Positions 61,746-64,000 of a DNA stretch of 64,000 bases are shown in pieces (within the stretch, counting starts at the first letter, position 1; each line of letters starts with the position of its first letter). This DNA is from Octopus vulgaris. Its lineage: Eukaryota. The stretch lies in the NCBI GenBank assembly GCA_951406725.2, contig OX597822.1, positions 37,262,001-37,326,000 of the forward strand. The letters run 5' to 3'. The position numbers and the translations under genes are program-made. The notes under the pieces were generated by a model. It was not told where the DNA came from and did no database searches. It was given only the letters and a program-made list of their open reading frames with translations.

Positions 61746-64000
61746 GTATGACATTATTACCATATTCCTCTCTCGTTATGTGTCCACGTGTTCATACCGA
61801 CATTTAAATGCCGTTTATCCCCATCCTCAACTTTGTTATCACTAATTTCCTTAACTTTAGCGTTTTTAACTTTAAATGTTTTTAAATTTATGTTTGAAAC
61901 ATTACGTAATTTAACTCGCGAAAATATATTTTACCAAAATATGTTAAAATATGCATTTTGAAGAGTTACAAAGAAATGAAGTCGGGAGGTGAGAAAAATG
62001 ATCCGAAATTCATTCTCACTTCGCATCAATTTTTCTTAATGTTATCAACATAATCGTCACCTACACCCTCGGAAACCTATCTTCACCAAATTTCATTGTA
62101 AAAGAATGTATTTTTCAGGTAACAAAGTCGGAGTGGGAGGGGGAGGCACAAATCTGTAATTATGTCAAATGATCTCCCAAAGCAGTCATGTACAATCTGC
62201 GGGACTTTCTGAATGGTACGCCGAATTGTAAAATTAGCTTGAACTTGTTTCTTTTTTTTCTGATTTTTCTGATTGTCTCTTGCGGCCTGCTTCTCCGAAA
62301 AAGTTGCCCATCTGTGCTTTAAAACCATTTGGCCATGTTGCATCCATACACAAAACGTTCTAAAACATATGTGAATGAATTTTATGTCCTTAGTATAACT
62401 TAAGCGAACATATTATGAATACACATTATATATCTTTCTGTCAAGCTCGATCGGTACGATTGTTAGTTACTGAGAGCTTTTATTAAATAAAAATATAAGA
62501 ATAAAATACTGTCGAAAAGTAAAGATCATGAAATATTTAGACCATAAAAAAAAAAGTATAAAAGAAATTAATATGCCCGGTAGTTCTTATTAAATCTAAA
62601 TACATATGTAACATAAGATTCATGTAAAATTTTACTTGTGTTTCAATAGGCTACTAGAAAAGGAAATGCGAATGTATATCTATATGTGACCGTCCAGTCG
62701 ATATCGTTTGCCATCCCCGGCCCCCGACCTCTTGGGCAAGTGTCGTTTATATTTCTGAATGAATTTGGTCGATGAAAACGAAGAATGGTCCCGGTGTACT
62801 TACTCGCGCATCCGCGCTAGCTAGTCGTGACTAGTCGATCCTACAACTACTACCTAGCCAAGTAAATAAAACACAAAATAAATAATTTTTTTAAACAAAG
62901 TAAATAGAACACGAAGTATGGATCGACTAGTCATGACTAACTAACGCGAGTGCGCGCACCGGGTCGACTCTTAATTGTAATTGTAATGCAAGTTGTCCAA
63001 ATTTGTCTCATCTGAAGTGTCTCATTTGTGGATATTTAAATGCCTTTTTAGACCAGTACAAAACTTCTCTTACGACAAATATGGCATGTCTGCTGCAATG
63101 AACTTTGTCTTTTGGGCTAACTCTAAAAGATAGACACACACACATATATATATATATAATATACTTGTGTGTAAATGACGCACCAGTGTTTATATGGTGC
63201 CCAAACTGCAAGTTGAACTGGAGATGATCTGTTGAAATAAAGTTGGATATAATTGTGTTAAGTAAATAAATGGCTATTTTTACTAACTTTCTGAAATGCC
63301 ATTTAGTAGAACCTGTATATAATCTATAAAATTAATCATTACTAACTGGGGTTTGTACTATATTCTTGTGTTTAGGCTTTTATATAGAATAGTCTGTAAT
63401 TAATTAGGACTAATTTGTTAGATTCAAAGATTATGGAAGTTCCGAAAGAAAGCTAGATCTTTTCCACGTCTATCTTTTTTAATTTCAACTTCCGAAATCA
63501 ATGTGTGAACCTCGTGGGAGCAATCTGTTTTCAGTGGTTGTCTTCTACATTAAATCTCAAACATTTGTTGATTTTTAAGCTTTCTTAAGATATTTGTTTT
63601 AAGACATTTAAAAAAAAAATAATGTTTTAAACATTGTGTTACTGTACAATTTGGGAAATGTTCCTACAAAAGACTCAAAAGCAACTGGTTAGATGTTTGG
63701 CAATAATTCTTGTGACCACCTCTTTGTATATGCTAGAGTCAGGTCATTTTGCTGTATGCTATGTGGCTTTCATAATGTGTGGTAGTTTTCAATACCTAAA
63801 GACTGGAAGAAATGCTGTTAGCATTTTTTTTTTGTTCTGGGTTCAAATTCTGCTGAGGTTGACTTTTCCTTCCGTCTTTTCATGGTTAATAGAATTAGTA
63901 GTTGGGCACTAGGGGCAGGGGGTGGGGCCAAAGTAAATGACTTCATCATCATTGTTCGACCGTGGTCGAGACAGTGGAATTTACCATGCTACGCCAGACT

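Noticed and set aside
61746-64000. Intronic snoRNAs expected by analogy with vertebrate EEF1B2, and eEF1B exon 2
   Set aside because: No convincing C/D or H/ACA box arrangement and no exon 2 found by eye in this part of intron 1; needs an Infernal/snoscan search and the adjacent window

Overview
AT-rich, repeat-dense eukaryotic (animal) genomic DNA, most likely an octopus or other coleoid cephalopod; this is inferred from the SINE, RTE-LINE and microsatellite landscape, not proven. The main feature is a complete minus-strand NDUFS1 gene (complex I 75-kDa Fe-S subunit). I reconstructed it by hand as 19 coding exons (47655 to 12378), all with GT-AG introns and consistent phases, totalling 2172 nt (723 aa + stop) with all Fe-S ligands intact. 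At the right end the first coding exon of eEF1B (EF-1 beta; MGFGDLK...SYVEG) starts on the + strand, divergent from NDUFS1, the same head-to-head pairing as human NDUFS1/EEF1B2. The rest is decayed mobile DNA (RTE LINE, an RLE-type non-LTR fragment, Tc1/mariner remnants, piggyBac- and hAT-like MITEs, at least three SINE families), minisatellites, microsatellites and several long hairpins. Most entries in the ORF track are spurious. I found no convincing novel multi-gene system. The best leads are the conserved divergent gene pair, an apparent 1-nt intron slide, near-perfect intronic hairpins beside splice sites, an orphan CpG-rich segment and degenerate hammerhead-like motifs.
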